IMG/VR virus record: IMGVR_UViG_3300042898_000321
Location: 1 to 39,908 of that record
DNA from: a virus
Lineage: Duplodnaviria > Caudoviricetes
Direction: 5' to 3' (one strand)
Length of the DNA stretch: 39,908 nucleotides
Below are positions 9,001 to 17,648 of this stretch, piece by piece. The notes under the pieces are model-generated. The model did not search any database. It saw only the letters and a program-made list of their open reading frames with translations, and had not been told where the DNA came from. The position numbers and the translations under genes are program-made. Position 1 is the stretch's first letter. Each line of letters starts with the position of its first letter.

Positions 9001-9872
9001 ATGTTGGATGTGCCATTCCCTTTGACGTAGCCTGTCAAAGAGTTTGCGCCAGTGCCGCCATTCGTGACGTTGAGCGTTCCGCCCAAAATAATTGCACCCC
9101 CGGTGGCTGCTGTGGGCGTCAGGCCCGTTGCGCCACCAGCAAAGGATGTCACGCCACCAACCAAGGAGAACTGGCTCCAAGCGCCAGAAGCGAAACCATC
9201 GAATGTCTGGGTGTCGCTGTTGAACCGGAACTGGCCTTCAGAGCCAATTGGCTGTTGCGCACTGGTGCCGACGGGTAGGGTCACCGAGCCAGTGCCGGGG
9301 AGAACCACGTTGTCAACGATGGAAATTGTGGGGTTGCCACTACCGTTGCCGTCGGCCACGGAGATCTGGTTGGTGGTGCCCACAATTTGACGGCCAGCAA
9401 TGGTGGTGCCGCCGACAATCGCAAGCATGCCCGTGCCACTCATGTTGGCGATTGCAGCAGCGATGCCGGTTAACTGAAACGTGGGGTTGCCACCTGTTCC
9501 GTCGCCGTTGGACACGCTGATGCCAGCGCCAGACGTTGCCAGAGTGCGGGCAACAACCGTGGTCGAGCTGTTCTTGACAACGATGCCCGCGCCAGCCGCT
9601 TCAAGGCTTCCGGAAGCCCCGTTGAGCGAGATCCGGTAGAACGATGTGGCACCACCATCAGTCAGGCCCAAGCCCGTCCCTGTGGACAGGTATCGGCTGT
9701 TTGGCAGCGTCAGCTCTTGATTTTGGGTCAAGAACGTCTGGTTCTGCGAGGGGCTTGCCGAGATGGCCGCAGTCGTGGTCTTGTACGTCCCGCCGTTTTG
9801 AACGATGGGGACAAGCTCCGTGCCGGTAATGGGGCCTGCGTCTGGCAGTTGAGTGATGGTTTGATTTGCCAT
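6027..9872 (-). CDS. Long tail fibre with C-terminal intramolecular chaperone (peptidase S74-like)
   Basis: 1281 aa, Gly/Thr/Ser/Ala-rich with internal repeats; AY|SDERLKKD autocleavage motif, G.SAQD and terminal coiled coil. Confidence 0.88.
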   Translation of the reverse strand: MANQTITQLPDAGPITGTELVPIVQNGGTYKTTTAAISASPSQNQTFLTQNQELTLPNSRYLSTGTGLGLTDGGATSFYRISLNGASGSLEAAGAGIVVKNSSTTVVARTLATSGAGISVSNGDGTGGNPTFQLTGIAAAIANMSGTGMLAIVGGTTIAGRQIVGTTNQISVADGNGSGNPTISIVDNVVLPGTGSVTLPVGTSAQQPIGSEGQFRFNSDTQTFDGFASGAWSQFSLVGGVTSFAGGATGLTPTAATGGAIILGGTLNVTNGGTGANSLTGYVKGNGTSNMTASPTVPTSDLSGTVSNAQLANSAVTVNGTSIALGASATITAAAPNALTIDGGLSGTSYNGSAPVTIAITDTGVTAGAFGGASKTLSATVNSRGQLTALSESNIAIANTQVSGLGTMSTQNANNVAVTGGSINGTAIGASTAAAGTFTSVTTTTGTISTTPVNATDIVNKSYVDTLAASGIHFHQPVRVESPINLNATYNNGTAGVGATLTNAGTQAALVIDGVTVSVADRVLVYQQTNQTQNGIYVVTNVGSGSTNWILTRASDADTYVINSAAGLSEGSTVFVQQGATGSGETYTCNTTGVIVFGTTNISFAQISSAQIYSAGTGLTLAGTQFSITNTGVTAASYGTASSTPTLAINAQGQVTSASNTAIAINANQITSGAVTNAQLQNSAFTVNGSSISLGGSATITAANPNALTIGTGLTGTSYDGSAAVTVALATSGVSAATYGSASQVPVFAVDTYGRVTSVTNTSIAIAAGAVSGLAASATTDTTNAANITSGTLPTGRISGSYTGITAVGTLTSGAWNATAIGVAYGGTGLTATPSNGQLAIGNGTGYSLANLTAGTNVSITNSAGGITINATPAAGGTVTSVSGSGGTTGLTLSGGPITVSGTLTLGGTLVPANGGTGATTLTGYVKGNGTSTMTASSTIPNTDISGLGTMSTQAASSVAITGGTINGATVGATTAATVRGTTITATTQFTGSGAGLTSIPNSATTASATAGAANTIVARDANGYIFNNYFNSTDNSQASGVTAVMVKAGDAYLRSGTAAAVATFISGQAMNISGSSTSCSGNAATASNASNTNSISNAVGGSYTWTATQLFTGNGNTASASSTGPQAYSTGGNGAIMAFHRSGAFAINFGLDSDNVIRFGGWSASANRFQMDMSGNLTMAGNVTAYSDERLKKDWEPVAEDFVDRLAKVKHGSYTRTDSEERQAGVSAQDWQKLLGETVQTDADGFLSVAYGNAALVAAVKLAERVVALEARIAALEAKG

Positions 9873-10213
9873 TATGGTGTCACCGATATTCCGTCAAGGT
9901 TGCCATTGTTCTCGGGCGTCTGGGTATTTCCCTCGGTCGAGATCGTGTAATTGCCCTGATTGTCCGTCACAAGGTTGTTCGGGTCTACGGCCACCGACAC
10001 ATCAGGACGTGGAAATCTGAGGTTGATGCGCTCAGTCTTGCGTGCGGGCAGACGATAGGGATCTTTTTGGTCTGCGCAGCCCTGCTGGCAAACGCGCAGA
10101 CCCGGGAAGTTCGGGTCGGGCATCTGCTCGTCCATGGCACGCTTCATCCTGCATCTGTCGCAGATGAAAATCGCCAGAGACTGGTTGCCTAAGGTGTCAA
10201 GGAACATGCCCAT
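9872..10213 (-). CDS. Conserved phage morphogenesis-region protein with Cys motifs
   Basis: ICDRC...GLRVC..C.D..DP...PRPD; translationally coupled to the tail fibre. Confidence 0.65.
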   Translation of the reverse strand: MGMFLDTLGNQSLAIFICDRCRMKRAMDEQMPDPNFPGLRVCQQGCADQKDPYRLPARKTERINLRFPRPDVSVAVDPNNLVTDNQGNYTISTEGNTQTPENNGNLDGISVTP

Positions 10214-10216
10214 GGA

Positions 10217-11287
10217 TCACCTCGTGTAGACGCCAATGTTCGGAGCAAAGTAAATTGGGCTGCGGTCGCGTTCTTCGGCCTCGGCCAAGGCCAAGGTCTT
10301 CTCAGACTGCGCCTCAAGGTACTGAATCCGGGCCATATCGACCTGCGGAAGCTCCATAGCCATCTGGTGGGCCAGCATGTTGACCACGGCCAGATACCAG
10401 CGCTGTGGGATCTGCAATTCATCCGTCAGATCGCCCACATCCATCACCTGCTTGCTGTACCAGACCGTCATTTGGACGAACGGGTCGCTTGGAGTGGGCC
10501 AAAGGTAGATTTCAGGGTTCGGAACCGTGCGGTTGAACCAAAACTGGTACGGCTGGTTGGCCGTGAAGTTTTTGTTGGGCAGGTTCGTGTAGTCGTCGCG
10601 GTTCAGGCGGCTCATTGTGATCTCGCGGGAGTTGTTTCCCACGTAAAACTCACGCAAAGCCAGCGTTGCACCACCAGAAACACGCACTCGGTAGTATTGG
10701 ACGCTCTGACCGGGGTCAATGTCGGTCCAGATCCACTGTTTGTCGGTCACCACCACGGCTCCGAGGCTCGTCAGGGTGTTCCAAGTGACGTTGTCGGTCG
10801 AATATTCGAGCGTCAGGGTCCAAGTTGCACTGCCGCCACCAGCAACAAAAGGCATAAGGCCAATCGAGCCAGCATAAACCGGGTTGTCAGTGCCAAAATT
10901 GATCGAAATGTTGCCATTGGCGGAGCTTTGCTGGCAGTAGGTGTTGATGTCATTGTCACCAACCAAGGCGACATTGCCCCCAGCGCTCGTTGTGTAGCTG
11001 CCGGTGGGGCGTGTCATGGTCCTGTACAGGGCGTTCAGGACGTCGTTGGAGCCTTCTGGCAGGGTGTAGATGTACTTCTCAGGGGTAAGGCCCACAACCT
11101 GCTTCTCGATGGCCCAATACTGGATGCCAATGTTGATCAGGTTGCTCATCACGAAGCCCAAGGACTCCCGGGCGCTCAAGAGCTGCTCAGAAGTCAGCTC
11201 TTCGGCCAGCTTCCCGCAGCGGCGGGCACCGTGGTCGATGAGCGTCTGAACCGAATAAATCTGCCCGTAAGCGTCCGAATAAGCCAT
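10217..11287 (-). CDS. Putative neck/adaptor protein with inserted beta-sandwich (discoidin-like) domain
   Basis: N- and C-terminal adaptor-like segments (LWPTP, IPQRWY.A...LA) flank a LEYSTDN.TW...YYRVR segment. Confidence 0.55.
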   Translation of the reverse strand: MAYSDAYGQIYSVQTLIDHGARRCGKLAEELTSEQLLSARESLGFVMSNLINIGIQYWAIEKQVVGLTPEKYIYTLPEGSNDVLNALYRTMTRPTGSYTTSAGGNVALVGDNDINTYCQQSSANGNISINFGTDNPVYAGSIGLMPFVAGGGSATWTLTLEYSTDNVTWNTLTSLGAVVVTDKQWIWTDIDPGQSVQYYRVRVSGGATLALREFYVGNNSREITMSRLNRDDYTNLPNKNFTANQPYQFWFNRTVPNPEIYLWPTPSDPFVQMTVWYSKQVMDVGDLTDELQIPQRWYLAVVNMLAHQMAMELPQVDMARIQYLEAQSEKTLALAEAEERDRSPIYFAPNIGVYTR

Positions 11288-11296
11288 GATGATCCT

Positions 11297-11806
11297 TTAC
11301 CAGCCGGGGCAGTTCCAGCGCTGCATCGAAGCACGCGACCGACTGCCCTTTTCACTCTTTTCTGCCACAGGCCCCATTCTCGCGCAAAAAGCATCACGGC
11401 GAGGGCCTCCTTGGGGCTGTGGAGCCTTCAAATTGGAGCCGGTCTCACGGTTGTACTTGGCGCGACCTTTGGCTGTCAAACCGGCCCCCTTGTCGGCTGG
11501 CAGTTTCTCGCCGCGACCAATCGCAAGGCTTGGCCCACCGTCCTTCATTTTGGCTGTTCTGGCGGCTTGCTTGAAGGCTTTAGCCGTTGGCGCACCTTCG
11601 CTGCCAGCTCTGCGCATTTTCTCGCCAGAGCCTTCAGCGATTCGCTCACGCTTTGCATGAATGTTGGCATACAGACCACCTTCTTTTAGCTTTTTTTCGG
11701 CTTTGACAAACTCTTTGCCGACCTTCTGAGGCACACCACCAAAGCCGCCCTTAGTGTGGGCGGCGGCTTGCATCAAACGCTTTTGAGATGGTGATTTGCT
11801 TGGCAT
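11297..11806 (-). CDS. Basic modular virion-region protein (three short modules joined by xKxGG)
   Basis: Modules MPSKS..., LYANIHAKRERI... and GLTAKGRAKYNRETGSNLKAP...FCARM...WNC, separated by LKEGG and MKDGG. Confidence 0.7.
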   Translation of the reverse strand: MPSKSPSQKRLMQAAAHTKGGFGGVPQKVGKEFVKAEKKLKEGGLYANIHAKRERIAEGSGEKMRRAGSEGAPTAKAFKQAARTAKMKDGGPSLAIGRGEKLPADKGAGLTAKGRAKYNRETGSNLKAPQPQGGPRRDAFCARMGPVAEKSEKGSRSRASMQRWNCPGW

Positions 11807-11807
11807 A

Positions 11808-12587
11808 TCAAGGGCCGTTTTTGATCAAGATGATGTTGAAGTACGAACTCACTGCGTTATTCGCGGCGGCTCCAATTGCGCTTGCGCCCACACAGTTCTT
11901 TTCTGGAATTATGTAAGGCTGATCAAACGAAAACACAGCGGCGTTGTTGTTTACTGCGGCAACCGCACCAACACGCAGGATGTTGTCTGTGCCGTGTTGC
12001 TTTAAAAAGGTGGTGACAGAAGTCGAGCCGGTGGCTTGACCAGCAGAAATTGAACCCGTTGTCATGTAGCCTGTGAAGCCTGCTGGAACACAGTAATGAC
12101 CAGTCGTGCGCTGGTTGTAACCAATTGCAATGATGTCGTACAAAACTGCTGGGACACCCGATGTCACCGTGCCAGTGCCAGCATTGATGTTGCCTGCGTT
12201 TGCACCGCCAGAGCCAACTGTGGCGACATAGAAACTGTTCACGTACAGGTACGAATTTGTTGTGTTGACTGCTGTTTGACCGTTCAATATTACGGTCTCG
12301 CTCACCACAGCAAAGTTGCCGTCAACGCCTTCAATAAAAACGGTTCGCGCACCAGTGCCAGCAGAAGCATCGTCGGCGCTAGATGAGCTGATTTTCAAAA
12401 CAGATGCAACGGTTGGGTGCGGAATAAGACCGCCATCAGGCCAAATTGTTTCTTCAGAAGTGTCCACATCTGGGTTGTATCCAAACACAATGACCGTGCT
12501 GTGGCCCTGAATTTGACCGCGAGAGACCTGCAACTCGAACGGTTCATATGCGCCTTGGCGCGAAATAGATGAAATTACGGTTGCCAT
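11808..12587 (-). CDS. Putative virion structural protein
   Basis: Beta-rich, FGYNPDVD...ETIW and SSSADD..GTGARTV.I.G.D motifs; ATG start after GGAG. Confidence 0.65.
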   Translation of the reverse strand: MATVISSISRQGAYEPFELQVSRGQIQGHSTVIVFGYNPDVDTSEETIWPDGGLIPHPTVASVLKISSSSADDASAGTGARTVFIEGVDGNFAVVSETVILNGQTAVNTTNSYLYVNSFYVATVGSGGANAGNINAGTGTVTSGVPAVLYDIIAIGYNQRTTGHYCVPAGFTGYMTTGSISAGQATGSTSVTTFLKQHGTDNILRVGAVAAVNNNAAVFSFDQPYIIPEKNCVGASAIGAAANNAVSSYFNIILIKNGP

Positions 12588-12602
12588 GCGGCTCTCCAAA
12601 AT

Positions 12603-12633
12603 AAATTAAAAGTGGGGGCCGAAGCCCCCACTT
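12603..12633 (-). terminator. Rho-independent terminator
   Basis: AAGTGGGGGC-TTCG-GCCCCCACTT stem followed by TTAATTTATTT on the minus strand, just after the stop at 12638. Confidence 0.8.
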
Positions 12634-12637
12634 AGGT

Positions 12638-13636
12638 TCAGCACTTCACTGATCCGCCACGCTTTTTAGCAGGCTCGACCGTTACAGACTTTTCAGTCTC
12701 GGTCACCGAGCCAGCCTTGGGCTTGTCGTCCATGCCCACCAAACGCTTTGCACCACGGAACAATTTGCCCGGGATGTCGCGGATGGTTTTTGCCATGTCC
12801 ATGTCTTCCTTCGACGGGCCGATGCTCTCGTTGTAAGCCTTTTCCAAGGCTTTCTGAGAGGCACCGCCACCAGCCAACTTGCGACCATACTTCTCATTGG
12901 TCATGGCTTTCGCCTGACGCATGGCAGTGGCGTTCTCAGCCTTGAAGTTGGCTTGCAACTTCTTCTCGGCTGGGGTTACGCTACCGCCCTTTTTGAAGGT
13001 GCCAGATTGGCGGTCGTTGGAGACTGGTTGTGACGCAGGCTTCTTTGGATATGCCACGGCATGGCCGCTGTTGTTAACAGCTCCCCCCGTGGCGTAGTGC
13101 TTTTTTGTGGCACCGCCTTTTTTGTAGCCGCCAGCGTTGCCCAGCTTCACTTCGCCAGTAGGCGCGGAGTTGTGGTCAACCTTGGCTGTGTGCATCATCG
13201 TCTTGCCCTTTTCGGACTTGATGATGCCGCCAGCCTTGTAGCCGCCTTGGCCGTTCACCACGCCACCAGTGGCATAGTTCCCGGGCTTTGGAGACTTGGC
13301 TACACCGCCAGTTTTCAGGCCTGCGTGGCCCTTGCTGGCAGGCTTGGCAGCGTGAGCTTCCAAGGCGTCCATTGCACCACCCTTAGCCATCATGGGACGA
13401 GCCATTGCTGACTTGCCCATCATGGCTTTGCGGCGGTCCATCATCGAAGGCTTGCCGGGACGAGCTGCAGGAGCCATACCACCACGAGCGCCGGGGGCCG
13501 GAGCTTGTGACAGTGCGCCCATGACGCCGCCGTTCATCATCTTCTTGGGAGAAGAGACGGAACCGCCTTTTTTCAGCTTGAGTTCGACTGAAGGCTCAGT
13601 GGTCTCCATCTTCACCATTGGTTTGAATTGACCCAT
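12638..13636 (-). CDS. Lys/Gly/Met-rich low-complexity protein with ~10 [LMYF]-[AK]-x-GG repeats; putative internal capsid protein
   Basis: LKKGG, MMNGG, MAKGG, LKTGG, YATGG x2, YKAGG, YKKGG, FKKGG, LAGGG, KKRGG; AAGGAG SD; downstream of capsid genes. Confidence 0.75.
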   Translation of the reverse strand: MGQFKPMVKMETTEPSVELKLKKGGSVSSPKKMMNGGVMGALSQAPAPGARGGMAPAARPGKPSMMDRRKAMMGKSAMARPMMAKGGAMDALEAHAAKPASKGHAGLKTGGVAKSPKPGNYATGGVVNGQGGYKAGGIIKSEKGKTMMHTAKVDHNSAPTGEVKLGNAGGYKKGGATKKHYATGGAVNNSGHAVAYPKKPASQPVSNDRQSGTFKKGGSVTPAEKKLQANFKAENATAMRQAKAMTNEKYGRKLAGGGASQKALEKAYNESIGPSKEDMDMAKTIRDIPGKLFRGAKRLVGMDDKPKAGSVTETEKSVTVEPAKKRGGSVKC

Positions 13637-13647
13637 GATGTGCTCCT

Positions 13648-14097
13648 TCAGACTTTCTGAGCATACACAACCGTCAGGCGATAAACGCCTTGGGTCGTGC
13701 TGATCGTGCCGTTTGGATCAGCCGTGATGACAACAGAGGTGTTCGCGCCAACATCAGCCATCGCGGCTGTTTGAGCAGCAGTGAAGGCCAAAGCGATACG
13801 ACCACCAGCGATGGCGTCAGTGGCAGACAGGTACTGAGTTCCAGCGGCAGCAGTGCCGATGGTCACAGGGACTGTTGTCGCAGTTCCAGCGCCAGCCACA
13901 GCCACCACAGTGCCGTCAACAATGAGGTTGATGATCTGCGAGGATGCGGGAATGGTGATGGTTGCGCTTGTAGCGGTGCCAGCGGCGATGGTTGTCACAG
14001 TGGTGGTCTGTGTCATGACGACGAAGCCGCCATCCACAGTGTCAGTCAATGTGCCAGAGCCTGCACGCAGGGTAGAACCAAAATAGGTTTGTGCCAT
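13648..14097 (-). CDS. Putative capsid decoration protein
   Basis: Thr/Ala/Val-rich beta protein directly after the major capsid gene; AAGGAG SD. Confidence 0.6.
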   Translation of the reverse strand: MAQTYFGSTLRAGSGTLTDTVDGGFVVMTQTTTVTTIAAGTATSATITIPASSQIINLIVDGTVVAVAGAGTATTVPVTIGTAAAGTQYLSATDAIAGGRIALAFTAAQTAAMADVGANTSVVITADPNGTISTTQGVYRLTVVYAQKV

Positions 14098-14119
14098 TGT
14101 CTTTTCTCCTTGTAGCGCA

Positions 14120-14134
14120 GGGGCCGAAGCCCCC
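14120..14134 (-). other. cUUCGg hairpin without U-tract between capsid and decoration genes
   Basis: GGGGC-TTCG-GCCCC, same core as at ~12615 and ~34455. Confidence 0.6.
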
Positions 14135-14142
14135 GCTTAGAT

Positions 14143-15060
14143 TTAGACGCCGGGAGTGCCGTACATTGCGCGTGGGTCAGTGAAGCCCACGTCGTAACGC
14201 TCGGTAGCCTTGTAGCGCATGGAGTCGGTTTCGAAATCGCCTTCCATGGTCTTTTCCAGCTTGCGACGCATCATCAGCTTCATGCCTTCTGGAGCATCGG
14301 TCTGCACCCAGAATGCCGACGGGTTGGTCAAACGCGAGATAACAGCGGCACCTTCGTCCAGCAAGCCGATGGACTTGACGGGGTTGATGTCGTTGTTTGC
14401 GTTGCCAGCACGCAGAACGCTCTTCAGCAGAACTTCAGCTTGGAACACGTTGCCGGGGGCAACCACCAATTGGCGGGGCACCAAACGGATACGCTTGCCG
14501 TTGTTGTCCACAGCCTGACGGATCTGGATCAACATCTGCTCCAGAGAAGTCTGGGACAGGTTGGCGGCGGTCGCCAGCAAGTTGCTGAAAGTACCGTTCA
14601 CGATGGGGTGGGAAGCGCTGTTCAAAGCAACACCGTCACCACCAGCGTACTGACCGCCAGTGAAGGCGTTGTTCAGGACGTTGGCAGACAGAGTCTCTTT
14701 GGTCTCGATCAGGGACTGAGCGAGGTGACGAGCGTACACCTGACCGATACGGATGTGGTCGCCGTCTTCAACCAAAACCTTGGTCAAAGCGAAGGCCAAG
14801 CCGTACACGTCATAGACGTAACGCTTCAGGAACAACACACCACCTTGTTGATACGTCACAGGCGTGCCATCGGCCATCTGCGGAGCAGCGCCGAAGCCGT
14901 ACAGGACGGGCTCTTCGTGGTAGTTGCGTGGGATGCCTTCTTGTTCGCGGAAAACGCGAGACCATTCATCGGCACGTTGATCGTAGACACCGTCGAAGCA
15001 CTCGTTCAGAATGGGTTCGACAATGCTACGAAAGTCGGTACTGCGCATTGGAGCGGCCAT
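14143..15060 (-). CDS. Major capsid protein (HK97 fold, Mu gpT-like family)
   Basis: 305 aa; GFG.AP...G..V.Y, IT/LT...EDG, DG.AL.S.SHP, P..LVV.P, F.TD..RYKA.ERY..G.TDPR...G motifs; position after scaffold; strong codon bias. Confidence 0.85.
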   Translation of the reverse strand: MAAPMRSTDFRSIVEPILNECFDGVYDQRADEWSRVFREQEGIPRNYHEEPVLYGFGAAPQMADGTPVTYQQGGVLFLKRYVYDVYGLAFALTKVLVEDGDHIRIGQVYARHLAQSLIETKETLSANVLNNAFTGGQYAGGDGVALNSASHPIVNGTFSNLLATAANLSQTSLEQMLIQIRQAVDNNGKRIRLVPRQLVVAPGNVFQAEVLLKSVLRAGNANNDINPVKSIGLLDEGAAVISRLTNPSAFWVQTDAPEGMKLMMRRKLEKTMEGDFETDSMRYKATERYDVGFTDPRAMYGTPGV

Positions 15061-15074
15061 GGTTCACTCCCTCC

Positions 15075-15650
15075 TTAGATTGCTGTTCCGGCAGCACCAG
15101 CGAATTGGAATTCGGCGATGGTTGCACGGACAATAGTGAAAGAATCACCCCAGTCGTTACCGGGGTACGGAGCGAGGTTCACGATACGCATCTGAGCGCT
15201 GTTGCCTGCGCCAACCAGTGTGGTCGACAGAGTGCATTGCGACAGACCAGTGGTCGTGGAACCAGCGGTGGTGTTGCTCAAATCGGCTTCGTCGCCAATA
15301 GAGGTTTGGGCCAAAGAGCCGTCAGCCTGAATTTCATACACGATGTTGGGATCGGCATAGAAGTAGGCGATGCACGAGCCAGTCTGGTAAGCCGTAGAGG
15401 CAGGCCAGTTGTTGGACACGCGATGACGACCAGTGGTGTCAGTGAACTCGACGCCAGCGAATGCGCCAACGAAGGCGTCTCCAGCGGCAGCGGGTTGAAT
15501 GACGCCGCCAGTCACATACTTGACTGGTTGGCCTTTGAGGATTGCCGAGCCGTAGCCCGAGGTGATACCGTCAGCCAGCGCCGTGGCGCGATCCAGACCG
15601 GAGGGGTGGAACGCAGGGCGCAAGCCGAACGGAGCGTTTGTTGCAGACAT
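15075..15650 (-). CDS. Capsid-associated (cement/decoration) protein
   Basis: NAPFGLRP...G.FAGVEFTD..G...DP.IVYEIQAD; directly upstream of the capsid gene. Confidence 0.65.
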   Translation of the reverse strand: MSATNAPFGLRPAFHPSGLDRATALADGITSGYGSAILKGQPVKYVTGGVIQPAAAGDAFVGAFAGVEFTDTTGRHRVSNNWPASTAYQTGSCIAYFYADPNIVYEIQADGSLAQTSIGDEADLSNTTAGSTTTGLSQCTLSTTLVGAGNSAQMRIVNLAPYPGNDWGDSFTIVRATIAEFQFAGAAGTAI

Positions 15651-15667
15651 AGTCTAGCTCCTTAAAA

Positions 15668-16210
15668 TTAGCCCTCGAAAACGGGGGCACGGTTGGGTTG
15701 CTGTTGATCGAATCTGTCCATACCCGCTTCCATCTGCACCAACTTGCGACCAGAGCTGTCTTTTGCACCTGCGCTTTCCGCTTGAGAGAGGATACGCTCC
15801 ACCTCGTCGCGGGGGGCTTCATAGTGCATCTGCGCCATAACGTCTTGGTAGACATCCATGGGCAGTTTGAATAACAGCATCTCGTTGCACGAAATGTGCC
15901 CAACATGCTCACCAGCCTTGACTCGAAAACTGTCGAACCCGGGTATCTCATCTGCCGTCACAGGTACATAGCCGAGTCGCATTCTCTTGTCGATGGTGTC
16001 GTAAGCGTTGGTTGTAGAAAGCCAGCACAAGTGCCATCCCGGGATTTGGGGTGTCTTGGGCAGAGCCGATTGCGTCCACTCGTCGCTCCACATCTTTCGA
16101 CGTTCCTGCGCACTCATGAACTTTTCCTCAGGCGGTCGACGGCTTGCGTCCTCGCTTGCGCGATCATTGCGGCCACCGGCCTGAAGAGATTTTTTGAGAC
16201 GAGAATCCAT
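15668..16210 (-). CDS. Conserved head-module hypothetical protein
   Basis: W...ALP..P.IPGWH.CW.......R.RLGY.PV and MLL.KLP; between scaffold and capsid genes. Confidence 0.7.
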   Translation of the reverse strand: MDSRLKKSLQAGGRNDRASEDASRRPPEEKFMSAQERRKMWSDEWTQSALPKTPQIPGWHLCWLSTTNAYDTIDKRMRLGYVPVTADEIPGFDSFRVKAGEHVGHISCNEMLLFKLPMDVYQDVMAQMHYEAPRDEVERILSQAESAGAKDSSGRKLVQMEAGMDRFDQQQPNRAPVFEG

Positions 16211-16212
16211 TT

Positions 16213-17199
16213 TTAACTCCTGTAACCTTGTGATTGACGAGCTTCGGCTGCGTAACGCTTGATCATCTTGTTGCGCTTTTCTGAGTCATCCCAGAAACCC
16301 GCATCCTTCATCGCCCGAACTTGTTCGGGAGACAAAGTGAAGGTGTTTTTACCACCTGCCCTTGAGGCTGATTCACGTCCAGAGCCAGTCACGATACCCC
16401 TTGGTTTACTCCGTTGATTTGGATTCTCATCGGTGCTTGCATTGTATCGGTGTGATACGTACCTTTGCAAGCGATTGTCAAGCTCGGTCCAATACTCGGG
16501 CGAGTTGGGGTCCCAGCCCTCTTGGGTCAGGGTCTCGTCAACCTGCTTGGCGATCCGGCTGTCCAGATCCTTGCCGTCAGGGTTGAACCACGAGTTGCGC
16601 TCCATCCAATCGCTGGCGTTGCGCTGCAGGCGGGGATCAGGGATGCTGGACTCCTGCCGTGGCTGGGTGGCGCTCTTCTTGAGGTTGCGCAGAGACTCAG
16701 CCTGTTGGCGGGCCTCCATCCACATCTCCTGAGCCTTTGCCATGGCGTTGCCGTCACGAGACTCAGCGGCCTCCGACAGCTTCATCTTGGCGTAGTTGAT
16801 GCGCAGCTCGGAGTCCTCAATGGCCTTGTCGATGCGGGCCAAGTCAGCGGAGTGCGTCTTGCGCTCCACCACGGACAGTCGCTGGATCAGGTCTTGGTTC
16901 TGGCGCTCCAGCATTTGGAGTTTCAGTTCCTTCTCGACGTTGGTCTGACGCACCAGTTGCTTCTTGGTGCGACGGCGGTCGCGCTTGGCGGCACGCAGTG
17001 CTTCGGAGTCATCGGGGTGGTCGGCATCGCCATCCGCCTCACCGCCCTCGGCCATCTTTGGCTCGTTGCGGTCGTCGTCGTTGTCGTTGTCATCCTGATC
17101 CGCTTGGGGGTTCGGGATGCTGTCAGGAAGGTCAACGGTTGCTGAACCGTCTACCGCTTCCTTGACTTCAATTTGTTCGTCTTGTGCTTGTTCAGCCAT
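16213..17199 (-). CDS. Putative scaffolding protein
   Basis: Acidic N-terminus, long coiled coil, W..RNSWF, C-terminal LSPEQV..K..G; canonical position. Confidence 0.7.
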   Translation of the reverse strand: MAEQAQDEQIEVKEAVDGSATVDLPDSIPNPQADQDDNDNDDDRNEPKMAEGGEADGDADHPDDSEALRAAKRDRRRTKKQLVRQTNVEKELKLQMLERQNQDLIQRLSVVERKTHSADLARIDKAIEDSELRINYAKMKLSEAAESRDGNAMAKAQEMWMEARQQAESLRNLKKSATQPRQESSIPDPRLQRNASDWMERNSWFNPDGKDLDSRIAKQVDETLTQEGWDPNSPEYWTELDNRLQRYVSHRYNASTDENPNQRSKPRGIVTGSGRESASRAGGKNTFTLSPEQVRAMKDAGFWDDSEKRNKMIKRYAAEARQSQGYRS

Positions 17200-17207
17200 G
17201 ATTCACC

Positions 17208-17648
17208 TCAAATAAAAGAACGCATCTCAAGGGGACTGCATGTCACCTTGGCGATGGCTTCGTGGTCATTCAAGATCATGAAGAGGGCAGGGTCTTCGAG
17301 GTGGTCCTCTCCCGGCACTTTCACTTCCCAGCGATCTCCGCCCCACTTTGGGACACGGATGTAGTCGCCAGCAACAACCCATGAGCCTTCAGGCCAGTCT
17401 TGCATGGTGTCGCGGCTCTTGAATGCAATTGGCCCAACCTCGATGACTTTCGCCACCATGTTGTTCCACTTCTCTGCATCTTTGGTCTCTTCAACCAAGA
17501 TGATTCCAGACCCAGTCATTTTCTTTTTGGTGCGGCGTAGTTGCACGAGGATTCGCCCACCGAGAGGTTTTGCGCCGGGATCTACGCTCGGAAATGCCCA
17601 AGCAATGTCAGCGTCGGTAAACGCTTCCGGTTCATTCATCATTGTCAT
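17208..17648 (-). CDS. groES: Co-chaperonin GroES-like protein
   Basis: KPLGGRILV, T.SGIIL mobile loop, AKVIEVGP, GDY..VPKWGG, ILNDHE.IA. Confidence 0.85.
   Translation of the reverse strand: MTMMNEPEAFTDADIAWAFPSVDPGAKPLGGRILVQLRRTKKKMTGSGIILVEETKDAEKWNNMVAKVIEVGPIAFKSRDTMQDWPEGSWVVAGDYIRVPKWGGDRWEVKVPGEDHLEDPALFMILNDHEAIAKVTCSPLEMRSFI

Noticed and set aside
4411-9872. Diversity-generating retroelement or invertible tail-fibre system
   Set aside because: No reverse transcriptase or invertase and no near-identical template/variable repeat pair seen; repeats are diverged protein-level duplications
4411-9872. GG dipeptides in tail fibre and adhesin as part of the xGG motif system
   Set aside because: Explained by general Gly-richness; they lack the hydrophobic-[AK]-x-GG context with basic flanks
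10367-11689. 440-aa plus-strand ORF and many similar plus-strand ORFs
   Set aside because: Antisense to well-supported, tightly packed minus-strand genes
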